Assembly (NCBI RefSeq): GCF_947568905.1
Contig: NC_079166.1
Location: forward strand, 75,268,001-75,332,000
Direction: 5' to 3'
From: Ostrea edulis
Lineage: Eukaryota
Length of the DNA: 64,000 nt
This document shows, one piece after another, positions 24,139-39,100 of this stretch (position 1 is the first letter of the stretch; the number at the start of each line of letters is the position of its first letter). The position numbers and the translations under genes are program-made. Under the pieces are notes generated by a model. That model did no database searches. It had not been told where the DNA came from and saw only the letters and a list, made by a program, of their open reading frames with translations.

Positions 24139-27100
24139 CTAAATGTACATTTCAAGAAAAAAATCATAAATTAAATCTAACCTCAACATGTGCATACAGG
24201 GAAGGGTAATTTAAATATCCCTTCAAATTCTTCTCTTTTAAACATCTGAATACTTTAACAGAATTTATAACTGTTAAATTCAACTTTTTCTCCAAACAGG
24301 AAGTGTGAATTGCTTTAACCTGATCCTTAGAAACAACATTGTTATAATAAATAAAATGTGAAACTTACAGCTCAGCTGCTGCCGCTAACTGTATGAAATC
24401 ATTACCATTCATGTAGAAAAGAAAGAATAGCACATCTTCTCCATAGCGATTCAGTTTGATCGGAGCCAGCTGAAAGGAGAAAGAGATGTGGTCAGTGTAA
24501 GTATTGAGAAACTTACAGTGGTAGTGAGTAGTCGGAAAATTTGTTGTAACTGATCATCAGATCATCGTCGCAAACCACGGGTTATTGTTTCATTCTCTGA
24601 ATGAAACAATAACTCGTGGTTTGCTACGGTGTGAAATAGAATGAAACAATAACCTGTGGTTTGCTACGATGTGAAATAGAATGAAACAATAACCTGTGGT
24701 TTGCGACAATGTCATTAGATATGATAGGGAGCAAAAAACTGATCAATAATCCATTAAAATAATAGGTTCACTGTCAATATCAATACATGAATTCTTGAAA
24801 AGGAAGAATGGATTCCTTTTCAGTCAGATAGATTCTCTCAGGGTAAAAAAAAGTGGTAAAACGGTATTTTTATAGATTCAAATATACGTACTGAATGTTG
24901 TTGTATTTCATCAAAAAAGCATATAACTGTAAAATAGCTATACTAAGCCTTATCACTCGAAACACTATCAAGACTGAGGCCTTATACATGTACATGTAAT
25001 AGTGGAGGCCAATGAGTTAAACATTTCTACAGAATGTGACTTAGTGGAAGACTGAACACAAGTGACACACTAGCCTACAGAATGTGACTTATTGGAAGAC
25101 TGGACACAAGTGACACACAAGCATACAGAATGTGACTTAGTGGAAGACTGAACACAAGTGACACACTAGCCTACAGAATGTGACTTAGTGTAAGACTGGA
25201 CACAAGTGACACACTAGCCTACAGAATGTGACTTAGTGGAAGACTGAAGTTAACACAAGTGACACACTAGCCTACAGAATGTGACTTAGTGTAAGACTGG
25301 ACACATGTGACACACTAGCCTACAGAATGTGACTTAGTGGAAGACTGAACACAAGTGACACACTAGCCTACAGAATGTGACTTAGTGGAAGACTGGACAC
25401 AAGTGACACACTAGCCTACAGAATGTGACTTAGTGGAAGACTGGACACAAGTGACACACTAGCCTACAGAATGTGACTTAGTGGAAGACTGGACACAAGT
25501 GACACACTAGCCTACAGAATGTGACTTAGTGGAAGACTGGACACAAGTGACACACTAGCCTACAGAATGTGACTTAGTGGAAGACTGGACACAAGTGACA
25601 CACTAGCCTACAGAATGTGACTTAGTGGAAGACTGAACACAAGTGACACACTAGCCTACAGAATGTGACTTAGTGGAAGACTTGACACAAGTGACACACA
25701 AGCATACAGAATGTGACTTAGTGGAAGACTGAACACAAGTGACACACTAGCCTACAGAATGTGACTTAGTGGAAGACTTGACACAGGTCAAGTACTGGTA
25801 GTAGTGAGAAAGTGGAACTGTAATCATATTACAAAAGTGTTAATATAACGGTTTTTGTAACACATTTAAAGAGAAAAGTCAATGCACTCTTTGTACAGGA
25901 TGTGCACACACTGATAATTTGTTTAACAGGATGTTTGTGTACGGTGTAGATCATTCATCTTTGATAAGATCAGGAAATGATTTTTTAACAGACACTGTAC
26001 TTTCCAATTTGCTTTTAGTACTTTTGACATTCTAGTCTAAATTATGATCAACCCCAAAATATCAGTCTACAAGCATCTACCATAGAGCTGCACCAATAGC
26101 ACTAATTTATGATTTCTTAAAATCATTCCTGACCTACAACACAGTTACAGGTAAAAGTACACTCGCACCGACACTTAAATACTGCATGTATTGTGTTTGT
26201 CTCTGGTATGGTAACTGGTCTAGACAAGTAACATTAGATGAGGTTATGGGGGATTTATCAGGGAATTGTAAAGGAAGTTACCCAAGTGTATTCGATAGGA
26301 AATTACCTGGGGTGTACTCGATAACATTAGATTAAATTATTGGGGACTAATAGGGGACTTATATGGGGAGTTACCCGGGGTGTACTCACATTAGATTAAG
26401 TTATTGGGGACTAATCAGGGGATTGTATAGGAAGTCACCCAGGGTGTACTCGATAACATATTAGTTACGTTTTTGGGGACTAATGAGGGAATTGTATAGG
26501 AAGTTACCCGGGGTGTACTCGATGCACTTTAACATCAAAACAAATACAACTCAAAATAAAATCTTAAAGGCCTTGTTTACTGGGATACATTCTTCAAAAC
26601 TTTAGTGTATATTGCATTAGAATGAGGGATAAATCCCTGAAGGCTTTAAATTCTGTATATCCTAATTACATATACTAGATGATTATCTAAGTTCCTGTGT
26701 CCCCAGAATAACTTATTAACTTCCTTGTATGTAACCGATTTTTATCCAGTAAAATAAACCAGTGTCCGTAAGGAAACAGGTTATATTTGTGACATTAAAA
26801 AATAAATGTGTGCGAGGAAAAAGCCATTGTGGCATCACGCATTTCAAAACCATGTCACACCTGTTGTACACCTGGCATGGTTAATTCCCCCCCCCCCCCC
26901 CCCCCCCCCCCCGATAAATGGCCAATCAAAATAAAGTTATTTAACCAATCAGGATGTGTCATTCTAACTACAGTGGGAATAAAGTATCATAATTTAACTA
27001 TAGTCTAATTCAGTGCTGTATATAAAAGTGATTATTTACTTGTAACCATGACAACACCACTGTAATCTCAAATACAACATTATAAAACATTTCTAAATGA

Positions 27101-30100
27101 TTGTAATCATAAAATTCATACCTTGTCTCTCAGGAAAATGTTCGTTAAATACTCAACCGGCACATGATAATCTGAAGAAAGATTTATACACACATGTATA
27201 AGTAAAAGTATATAATGTTAATTCACATTTTCACAATTTTCATGAGGCATATAAAAAATCATCACTTTTGTACATAATTCTGTTTAATGTAAATCTTTCA
27301 CCTTTCTTTCTATAAATCAAAAAATTAAAGTAAACTGACTGGATAAAAGAAATTTGGCTTTGGGATGAGCATTCTGCAGTTTTGATGTTTAAAACTTCAG
27401 CAAGTCTTAAAGCAGCCCATTTCACTTTATATCTTAGTAAACTCGGCATGAGGATGTCTTTAACAAATTTTATACTTATTATTTTCTTGAAGATGACTCT
27501 AATGTATTTTCATACACATATAATTATACAGTTTTGGGTAAAACTCTGACCCCTTATTTTCTGGTCCCATACTAACCCCTCCCCCTTTCGGGCTCACATA
27601 TTGAACAAACTCAATACCACTCTGGGTCTACCTAAGAAAGCTGTCATGTAAATTTGATGAATTATATCCTTGTTTTTGACAAGACAATTTCAAGATATTT
27701 CCCCATATATTCCCATTGATCACGTTTCCCATTACAGGTAAACTTTGATATCTCACACTTGATAGGACTGAAGAAAAACTTCGAGATATCTGAGGGTTCG
27801 AGAAATCGAAGTTAATGAAATTGACACCAATATTGTGTAATGTTTTATGTTGTTCTATTTGACAGGTAAATAAACACACTTTAAGCGGTAAAAGTTTTAG
27901 TTTGAGATTAGGGATTTTCTAAAAATATGTATACTTGCATTTTCATATATACTGAGTATCTATTACTTTATTTGATGCTGCAAAGCTTACATTGTACGAA
28001 TTTCGGCCATTTTTCATAGCGATAATCACCTTTATCACGATCAGTTTAGTATTTCTGATACCCGGATTTGTGTTAAGCTTTGTAAATGATAAACCGATCA
28101 CTGTAATCATTATGAAGATGGAGACGGGAAATATCGTTATACAGTAATTTATGAAAATTGTTAGTAAACAAAAGCACTACAGTTATTATGATGAATTTGT
28201 TTCGATTGTATGAACCTTGTTTCCTTTTCACATCACTATCAGGTAATCCAACTCTCCCCCGGGTTGGATACCGGATCCTTCGTTAGATTGTTTATCAGAC
28301 ATGATGTGTACTGAAAATTTAGAATTTTGGAGCTGATATTCATAACAAAAGAGGTCTATAAATTGTTCAATTTCTTGATGTCCATATCACTTTGATGTGT
28401 TCAGGGTTAACATTGATCTGTAATAGCATGTGTAAGCGTGCATTACGACAAAATATCAGTGATCGTTCTCAGTTGCTTGTTTAATTATCGGGACATATTA
28501 CGTATAAATGTACATTTCTTTATCACCTCCAAACATCCATTCTGCATAATCAGATAAAGCTCCCAAATTAACAGCTTGGGGTTGATAAGGCGTGATTATC
28601 AGGAATAGTCCCACAAAGCCCGTGTTAGACCTAATGAAAACTTCCAAGTTATCGTAAATTAGCATAACGGGATGATTGTGTACTTCAGGTGTGAATTCAT
28701 TGGAGGGAGAAATTCTTGGACTTCGAGATAACGCATGTATTTTAGCACTTGGGACCGTAAATCTACTTCGAGATCGGCCAGGTATTCGAGATTTCCTTGT
28801 TTGAGATATCGGGGTTTTTCAAAACATGAATATAGTAAAAACCGGCTGGGGTCATCGACTCGCTTCGAGACATCTGTGGTATTCGACATATCTGAGTTCG
28901 AGATACCGAAGTTTACCTGTATTTGCACAAACTTGAATCTACACATAATCTACATTAGATTTCCAGATCAGTGGTAATCAATATTTCCCTTATTGACTGA
29001 TTCTTAATGTTGTTGGCAATGTGACCTTTCACCTGAACAATCAGGAATCCCCTTTATTTTAATTCTATTGAAGATGGCCTTGTGCTTCTTGTAATGGAGA
29101 AGAAAATGAGTCGGACAAGTTTATACATGACAAAAGTTTATTTCAGAACCTAACTTGAGTCTATTTTGGCTCAGGTGAGCTAACACTGGAGATTTGTGTT
29201 GCCATTGTCCCTGCAGACTAATTTGTTATAATAGGGTACAGTCACAATCCTTCACTGTTAATTATGGAATTAGCAACACAGTTTTTTATGGTACAGACCG
29301 GGCATTAATGTGTCGGAGAATGTAACAGTTGGTTTCAGTTTTGAAAATCAAGGAAACACGTTATAATTTAAAAGTGGTACAAAGTGGTGAAAGGCAGGAA
29401 CAGGTACATTTGTACATTCAAATTCAAAATATTATTTTCAGAGATAAGGGGGTCATGGGCTTTAATAGTTATATATAATTACTGTGTTACACACAAAAAT
29501 ATCACAACTGTCACAGACCACATCATGAATAATTAACAAATGCAGCTATTTATGAATGTTTTAATCCACAAATTTAAATCATTGTTTTGCCTTTCCATAC
29601 TGTTGGGACAGTGTTCATACCCACAATGGCTACCTTCCCTTCGGCCAAAAAAAAAAAATTATGTTGGTTTCCACTAACCCGACCGATCCTAAAAATTTCT
29701 GCCGACCCTAACACATTTTTTTCCATTCTCACAGATTTTGCGAATGTCATCACTACAACAAGAGTATATTTATTGACTTATTAAGCTATTTAATTAATTA
29801 TTAAGCTATTAAAGAGGAAAACTGGTCAAAAAGGGAGGAAAACACCTCATCCTACCTGGAAAAATATCATTTTCTGCCACTTTAGATCAAATCCAGAGCG
29901 TTTCATTTTTTCTTCTTCGAAAATTGAGCAAATCAGAGGATTTCCTCTGAAAAGAGGAAAACTCACACCCCTGTATTTATTATGCACTAACAGATTTCAA
30001 AACAGAGCACTAACAGATTCCAAAACACAGAAACAGTTTTTGTTTACAGTACAGTGGAAGAAATATTTTGATTCATCAGATAACTTTTATTTGATAACTA

Positions 30101-33100
30101 GACAATCACTATATTTTATGCATAGTAGAATACTAAATCATTAAAAAATAATTCAACCTAGTATAAAAAAAAAAACCCAAAAAAAACAAATTACTTACCC
30201 ACCAATCCTTTAATTTTTTTTTTAGGTGAAAGAGGAAACCAACATATTTCTTTTTGGGCCTTTTTAAAATTGTGATTTTGCAATTGTACTCTAAATGTGT
30301 CCTTATTGTACAAGATAGGGATATTTGATAGGGACAAAAGTCCAAAAATTAAGTAACTTATAGCTCAGCTATAAATAAATCATTAAATGGCAAGGTCATT
30401 CAGGAAGTATACATTATATTTTGTTTATTCCTTCTCTTTCATGCATTCACAAAACTTAACCCCATTTATTGCAAAGAAAGACTCTCAATTCTCTTTTAGC
30501 ATAATGTGGATTCAGAATAAACCTTTTCTTTGAAAACTAAATGTTGTCAGTGGTGTATTTTTGTATTTGAGTGCCTCAGGTGAACAAAAGACTCAGTAAC
30601 ATTGACAAAGAAGAAAGAGAAAAGTTACTCAAATTGAAACATATCAATATTTCTAAAACACTACCAGCAAACTTCAGATGTTAAAAGATATAAAAAAATT
30701 TCATCATGCTTGAAAATAGTCATAACTAAACAAACACATAAAATATAGAAAATTAAAAGTTAGAGACAAAATCAAACTATCAATCACAGAGGAGAAGCCA
30801 TGTTTGTAAGTGGGAGAGTACTTGGTGAAATTGTAAATTTTCTTCAATAAGGCCAAAAAACCTAATAGGTGTGTTTCCGGTTACCTGACCGACCCTAAAT
30901 TTTTCTCCCAATTCTAATTTTCCAAACAAATTCCAGTCCTTAATTTACACACTTCATTTCTAAAATAAAAAAAAAATGTAATAAGTTTGGGCTTGATTTT
31001 CAAGATTTACACAGATATATATGCAATCATGTATTAAAATAGGGTAAAATCAGTTGTCAAAATGTCATTTTTTGGTTTATTTTACCCAATAATGAACACT
31101 TGATGCTGCATGTCGGTACTCACAAACAAATGTATGTATCATGTACAAGTTTCTTCCCCAGTGATACAAGGCAATATTTACTGAATTTAAAAATAAATAA
31201 ATAAAAAATTTGCCGAACCCCGACCCTATATTTTTTTCAAGATATAATCGAAAACACACCTACTTTCTTTTTTTTCACCTAAAAAGAACAGGTAAATATT
31301 TGATTTGGTAAAATGTCTAGCATGGCAAAAGAAATGCTAAGATATGCACCATACAACACTACACAAGAAGTGAACTCAGACCTATATCTTGGGGTCGACA
31401 GGGAGAATCTGCCCAAGGCGATTGAAATGTGCTGTACAGATTTCTGCAAAAGTACAAGAAAGCTTTAGATCATACGCAAGCAATACAAGGTATTGCACAA
31501 GGAGATTGAGTTGGTCTCTTTCTGTTTATGTCAATCTTTCAAAATTTAAAGACATTATTGAACCATGCAGTGTGACAGTCATACATTTAACAATCATGGA
31601 TATTTCCCTCTTGATTTCTCCCATTCTACACTGTACTCAACAAAAACGAGATTGGTCCCTTTTTATTCTCAAAAACTATTTTATTAAAGGGAAACCCCTT
31701 GTGGTCATAGGTAAAACAAGAGGCCCATGGGACTAGAATCGCTCTTCTGATACATTGTAGAACAGGCAAAATTCTCACTAACCAAGATTCATCAATTAAC
31801 AAAGTTTGATTATGTTAATAAGTCAAATAGTACCTGAAAATTTAAATGTAACTGTCCAAAAGTAGGTCACAGTGACCTATTTTTGGTCGACACACTGAAT
31901 ACTCAAGATGCATCAACTGACAAGTCAAATAGTATTCAAATATAGCTGTCAAATTCCAAAAGAAGGCCACAGTGACCTACTTTTTGATCGACACACTCCA
32001 AAGACTCAAGATGCATCAACTGACAAAGTTTGATAATTGAAGTCAAATAGTATCTGAAATATTCAGATATAAACGTCAAATTCCAAAAGTAGGTCACAAT
32101 GACCTACTTTTCGGTCGACACACTCTGAAGACTCAAGACCCATCAACTGACAAAGTTTGATGATTGTAAGTCAAATAGTATCTGAAATATTCAAATATAG
32201 TCGTCAAAATCCAAAAATAAGTCACGGTGACCTACTTTTTAGTCAACACACTCTGAAGACTCAACATGCATCAACTGTCAAAGTTTGATAATTGTAAGTC
32301 AAATAGTATCTGAAATATTAAAATATAGCCGTCAAATTCCAAAAGTAGGTCACGGTGACCTACTTTTTGGTCAAAAAACTACGAAGACTCAAGATGCATC
32401 AACTGACAAAGTTTGATGATCCTAACTTTCATAGTGTCCAAAATATGCATCTAAAATTGAAAATGTGAAATTTGAATGTCTGCAAAATTCAAAAAGTAGG
32501 TCACTGTGACCTACTTTTTTTTTATAAATATGTTTTGAGGCCTCTAGATGCATCAACTTACAAGGTTTGATGATTCTAAACCTCTCAGTATCTGAAATAA
32601 CAACCTAAAATGTATTCATAAATGATTAGCCATAAAATTAAGAAAGAAGGTCATGGTGACATACTTTTTACATGACACACTTTAAGGTCCCATGATCCAT
32701 CAATTGACAACTTTTGATGATCATAGGCTCAAAACTGTCCAAGATATGCATCAAAATCCATTTAATATTAATTACCTGCGAAATTCAAAAAGTAGGTCAC
32801 CATGACCTACTTTTGAGACAACATGATATTAAGTCCGAAGATGCATCAACTGACAAAATTTGATGATCCTAGTCCTTATACTAAGCAAAATATCAAAGTT
32901 TTAAGAAAACAAAATTTAAGGTCAATTTTGAAGTGACCTTGAGACCACACCCTTTGCCCCAGAATGATGCCTTGAACATTTTTTTTTATCTACAACCTAT
33001 CCTCATCCTTGGTGATAATTTGACCAGTGGTTCTTGAGAAGATTTTTTAGCAACCACTACTTTTGTTTGCATTTTCCTAATTATCTCCCCTTATTAAAGG

Positions 33101-36100
33101 GTCACAACCCTAGTTTTAGTATAAATAAAAGCCCTTGGGCCAAGGATACCCTGTGACAAATTTGACAAAAATTGGCCAAGGGGTTCTTGAGATATAGCCC
33201 CTTTTCCAAAAAGTTGACGCACACCGCACGCCAGACATATGGCCATATGATTTGCTCTTTAAGCCTTCAGCTCAGAAGAGCTAAAAAAAGAAGAAATTTT
33301 TGACTGAAAATCGGATATTAAAGTCAACAAAATGTTTTTAAATAGTTTTACTTTTTGTAGAAGTATCATTTAACAAATATTGTACTTATCTATTTTCATC
33401 CAATGGGTTTCTCACAAATAAGGTCAACACAGTGCTAATTAGGTCACAAGCTACAGACTCCATGAGTAAACCATCAGCTCTCTGAGGTTGCTTGTTAGAA
33501 TTACATCTCATAGAAAAATGTTCACTCATATCCAGACATCCCCATTTGTACATGAAGTACCACAAATTTAGACCTATGTGTTCTTTAATGTGCCAACATC
33601 TGCCACATTCTGTGACCTTTGTTTTTAAGGTCATATCTGAAAGATCGCGAGATTCTTACGTCTGAATGCCAAGTGTTTGGCGAAGAAGCAATCGCTACCT
33701 ATGTTAACTTCTTAAGTTTGTCACAGTCATGGCACAAGCGGGACTCGAACTCATGACCTCCCAATTACGAAGCGAACGCTCTACCACTGTGCTACCATGA
33801 CCAGTAGCTCTTCGGGATTCTAAAGAATTACAAGTAACAAAATCTAAAGTCTCCTCCCAGAGCTTGAGAGTAAATCTGCTCATTTATGTAAGGGTAAAAT
33901 ACTGGACTGAGAGATTACTTTTAAAAATTGTGAACTTAAAAAGATCAAAAGAGAACAATATATTGATGTACGTTACAAAAACTGTCTTGCAGATAATTCA
34001 CAAGGAAAAATTGCAGAAATAAAGTCTCAGGAATATACAGTGTAAGTGATTGACAGAGCACAAACGGTATCAAAGTAAGTCTGCACACAGTGATGAATAA
34101 TACAGAAAGAGACCAACCAACCATGAATAATAAAGCTGCAGGATACAAGGTTAAAAAATAGTGCTGCCTCCACAGAGCAGACAGTTGTTAAGTCTCAATG
34201 TCTGCTCTGGGTAGAACACACAGGAAATAAAATCTACCTATGTCTTGAGGTCGACAAGGCGAGTCAACCCACGGAGATTGAAACGTACTGTACAAATTGC
34301 TGAAAAATTACCACATTACCATTAAGATCACTATATGCGATAATTGCATTTTTTTTAAAAAATTGAATTAATTATTGATTTTTTTTTTTTATGACAGTAT
34401 GATCAATTTCATCAACATGCGAACAAGGTCATGTGGTTTTAGCTTTTAAAATAATCAAATGTTCATCAAATCACTGAAAAGAAAACATTTTGATGACTGT
34501 TAAAATGATTGATCATCACAATATCATGCTCCCGTACAATATTGTTGGATATTTAAACTAAAAAAAAAAAATGCGACAACCTTGTTATACATGTCACACA
34601 TAATATATATGCTATATTTCATGAAGTTAATTAGTACTCCCGTTTTACACATTTACCTCCTGAATGTAAACTAAATCACTAATAACAATTCTATAGGCAA
34701 AACTTAAGAAAACAACCTGACAGATGAATAATAGTGTGTTCACGTACCAATATTGTGATTTATTAACCGACGGAAAATATTCTCATGAAAAGCTAAAACA
34801 CATCACTATTAGAAATGTTCAAGTACAAGCAGTTCAGTCGTTCTGTTCACTTACTCTGGAGAATTGAGATTTAGGCCTAGTGTGGTGAGATCTATCCCTG
34901 GTGCTAATGCTATCAGATTGTGGTCATTTTCATTGGCTGCCCTTATGAACGTTAACAGACCTGCGATCCCGAACTGGTCAGTCACCATCCCCGAGGGAAT
35001 ATTCGACACCATGCCTGTGGATGAATGAATGAATTTCAGAAAAAATTTCAATGTTGCATATTTCTTACAATGTAAACTTTTGACACATTGTCTTTGAAAA
35101 ACATTGATTCAGAACAATTCCTTTAAAAATTCCATGTGCGGAATAAAATCATAATGAAATAGATATCAAGAATAACGCACATTTCCTTGCATGAAAACCC
35201 TGTACAGACATTTCCCTATAATGAATTCCTTATCAAAAATTTGGGTATTATACAATATTCTTTATCTCCAACTCAGTAGCAGTCCATGTGAAAAACATAA
35301 AGAATTGTACAAAATTTACCTGTTTTCTTAAAGGCAGATAACTATGTATTTCTATTAAAAATACACATAAAACAAAAGGCTCACAGTTAAAGGTATCACT
35401 AGCCCCAAGGGCTACAAAGTCTACAATGGTTTTTTATCACATTGACCTCACCCTTGATTTGGTATCCATACCCCCGGGGTTGCGAAATTCACAATTTTGG
35501 TACATCCCTTTCTGATATTCCTAAATATGTGTGTAGTTTTTATATAGTATCAACAAAATTAAAGATATGTTTCAAATGATAAAGACATGCAATCAATGTG
35601 ACCATTTCGGTCCACCCTGGCAACATAACCATACCCCTGTGATCAGGAAATTTTCATTTTTGGTATAGAACTACGTACCTGCTTCTTCTAAATATCAAAT
35701 TTATTTCAATTTAGTATCAACAGCATTCAAGAGAATGCTAACTTTATATTTTACACAAACACTACATGCTGAGTTTGGCCCCACTCTGGAGTCAGATCCT
35801 ATACCCCAGGGATCACGAAATATACAATTTGGGTAGAAGGCATCCTGCCCTACAGACATGCAGTCATAGAGAAGATTTTTGAAAACTGGTCAATTTTTGT
35901 CCCGCACCTAAGGCCCAGGGGTACAGGAGTCCTGAAATTTACAATTTATGTCCCCATTATCCAAAATATGCTTCATACCAAATTTGAAAAGAATCAAGAT
36001 GTTAAAAATGTTCAATTGTTAACACATGAGGATAGGCACAGACCAATAGCAATAGGTCACCTGTAAGACTCGAGTGACCTAAAAAGTGATACAATTTTTC

Positions 36101-39100
36101 TGTCAATTATTTTATAAGCATATACACTGTAACTTACACTCCTAGTATTGTAAAACATTAAAAATATTCTTTTGTAGGCTTTTTGGATAAGTAACCCATT
36201 CTCTATGCTGCATGATTTTTAAATGGACTGCTACTTCAAGTGAATTCTGAGAGAAAACACAGATAATTTTTTTTGTCATTGTTTGAAATCCACCATGCAT
36301 GAAGCTGGACTAACCATCTGCATGGGTCTGTATGCCCCGCTTTGCCAGGTTCGTCTTATCCCCGGGAAATTTTCCGTCTTTCAGAATTTGTTCGTTTGAT
36401 GACGATGATGAAACACTTGTTGGCTGCAGAAGAGTAAAATAAAAAATACTGATCTTACATTAAACCAAATAAATACAATTCAATCAGGTTCCTATCCAAA
36501 GTATCACTTCAATATATCAATGATAGCTCAAGTAAATGGATATCAATTGACAATGGATATCCTTATCAGTCTATTAAACTGTGTTCAAACAGTTTCACAA
36601 ACCTCCACATCTGCTTTAGTTAAGTGAATGAATGCAAAGTACACTATCAATGTCTGGCATTTTGACTTAGGTGTCTTTAGGGGTGAGATCAAAAGAGCGA
36701 TGTCGGATAAAAATCTTAATTCGAATAGTTAGGGGGAAGGGGGATGAAATTCAGGAAAGTTTCTGTCATACAACATCGATTACACTCACGTGGAAAATGA
36801 AAAAAAAAACAAACAAAAAAAACAAGCAACTGTTTAAAAACCACATAATATTACATTTTAAAGTAATTCCACCCTCCTGTGATGTTATCAGCTTTTGTAA
36901 AATCAATTATTTAATAGATTTATGCACATTATGAACATCAATTTTGTTGTAATTATTGTAAAAAAAGCTTTTTAAAAATAAACTAATTTAAAGGTCTATG
37001 TTATATATGAATAATCAATGATATGTTTCAAAATATTAAATCCAAGGGCAATTACTCTGTTTCCATTGATTTCTTTATCAAGTCTATTATACGATAGGTT
37101 TCCTTTATTTTTTACTGACATTTTGTATATTTTTGTGATGAAACGGTTTCATGAAATTGTTATGAATGCTATGGTATCGTCATAACCAGTTTTTATGAAA
37201 TTTTGATATATGATTCTGTTTATGTATGTCTCGCATCTTAAAAAGTGTGATGACCTATACATTTTATTTGATAATTTGTTAGTTTTAACTCTAATAAATG
37301 GAAATAAATGCACTTTTTAAACTTGTGTCAGATAAAACTGCGAATATGGGGTTACTTTAGTGAACATCTAATAGTTTTATTGTACACTTTCATTTGTGAA
37401 TAAACCGTAAAAAAAGGTATACAGAGTGTTATCTATAATCGTATGTTTTTACTTGTTAATCAATTAGTTTCAACAGTCATCATATTTAGTTTTAAGAGGA
37501 ATGGGGGGTAGGTGGGTGGGTGTGGGGGGATGGTCTTGGTAAAAACTCTGTGAAATTTAGTTTTTGTCAGACATTGAACTTCTGATCTCGCGCCTTATGC
37601 ATTCATCTTCAAAATCGATACAAATTCTATGCAGAGGTTTAAGGGCCCAAGAAAGTAACAGAATTGCTAATATTACAAATGGTGATAAGACAAGCTGGGA
37701 AGTGAGAAAACATTTCATTGGGTCTGTTTCACATTGCAAAGTATTCGAAAAAAAAGTGTTCATTGAAAACTGCCTAATCCGACACTTGTGCAATTTGTTT
37801 CACTGGGCATTCTCACCCTTATTTTCATTCTCAATTTCATATTTTCATTGTTTTTTTACACTGTTTATTCAGCACAATGTGTATTCTGACAAAAAATGTC
37901 TCCCAGTGCATGTCGAATTAGACAGGTTTCAATGTACATAAAATATACCTATCAAAAATGCTACTTAATACAAATTGAAATACATAATTATACATGTACA
38001 TGGAGCATTCCATGTTAATTTTTAAGTACCCGCTCACTGGTGACATATAAGATTGCTCATTTGTATGTCGGTAAGAATTTATATGTAGTATATATTAGTG
38101 AATATGGGGAAATTAACACACTTGGAGCTTCAAAGGGTTATCACAGAGAAAACAGTTGCATATGTAGATATTGATTTTTTTTTATCTAGTGTGTTACATG
38201 TATAATATGGAATGCATGTGCAGACAATCTGAATCAAACTTTTAATTAGCTATTCTCTCGCATGTAACTGATTTGATATGCAATGTGACAACAAATGTAA
38301 TTTGCATTTTGGCATTGTGAAATTACGCTGATGTTGTTGTTCTATAGACTCCCTGGGATTTTGAGGACTTTGTGAAGTAAAACATGTTGGAATGAGCATA
38401 TCAATAACCTTCACATAACCGAGGTCTGACGAGAAAAGAACTCACCGTTTTCCTGGCTGCATCATTAGCTACGCTTGTTGGTGGATCTACAAATAAACAA
38501 CGTACATGTACATCTGAATCTGTCCCGACAGCTATAGTATGTAACACAAAAGTATGTTACCTCTAGTCATTTGAAGGAAGTTCACGATGCGTTTTATTTG
38601 TCCGTATCATATATGTTAATGTGTCTTGAAGGAAGAGAAAGTTGCATTTTACAGTTTTACATTTATATTTTACTTGTATTTTAATTTTTTGATACGAAAC
38701 TGAAAAAATAAGGAAGTTGATGAATCATACAGGACAATGTCTGTCTTACTCTGTGCTCCAGGAAGAGCCGGGAAGTCTTCCTGCTGGATCTGAAACTCAG
38801 GCGCTGTCTCCGTGACTGGTTTACTCACCATGCCCACTGTAAAATTCAAATATGCCAATATGCAATTGTTCAGGTGAGCACGTATGTAGACGTTTGCCAT
38901 ATAAAGTAAAATCAAACCCTACACTGACCATAATTTCTGACAGAGGAGATTGGTGTGGATGGAAGGTTTCTATTTCCTAGGGTAGGGAATTCAGATAGGT
39001 CCAAACCGGGCTGATCGGCATCTGTTCCGAATACTGTCAAACAGAAAGTGAAAGTAACATTTACAAACAGAAAATAAAAACAGAAAGAAGAGATTGACAT

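Noticed and set aside
25027-25787. Regular repeat array resembling CRISPR
   Set aside because: Units are contiguous with no unique spacers, the context is a eukaryotic intron, and there are no cas genes. The same applies to 42702-43082.
33735-33806. tRNA-Thr-like sequence, and tRNA-like segments at about 44480-44555, 54075-54150 and 62755-62830
   Set aside because: A/B boxes are present, but there is no acceptor stem and each continues into a repeat body. These are SINE heads, not tRNA genes.
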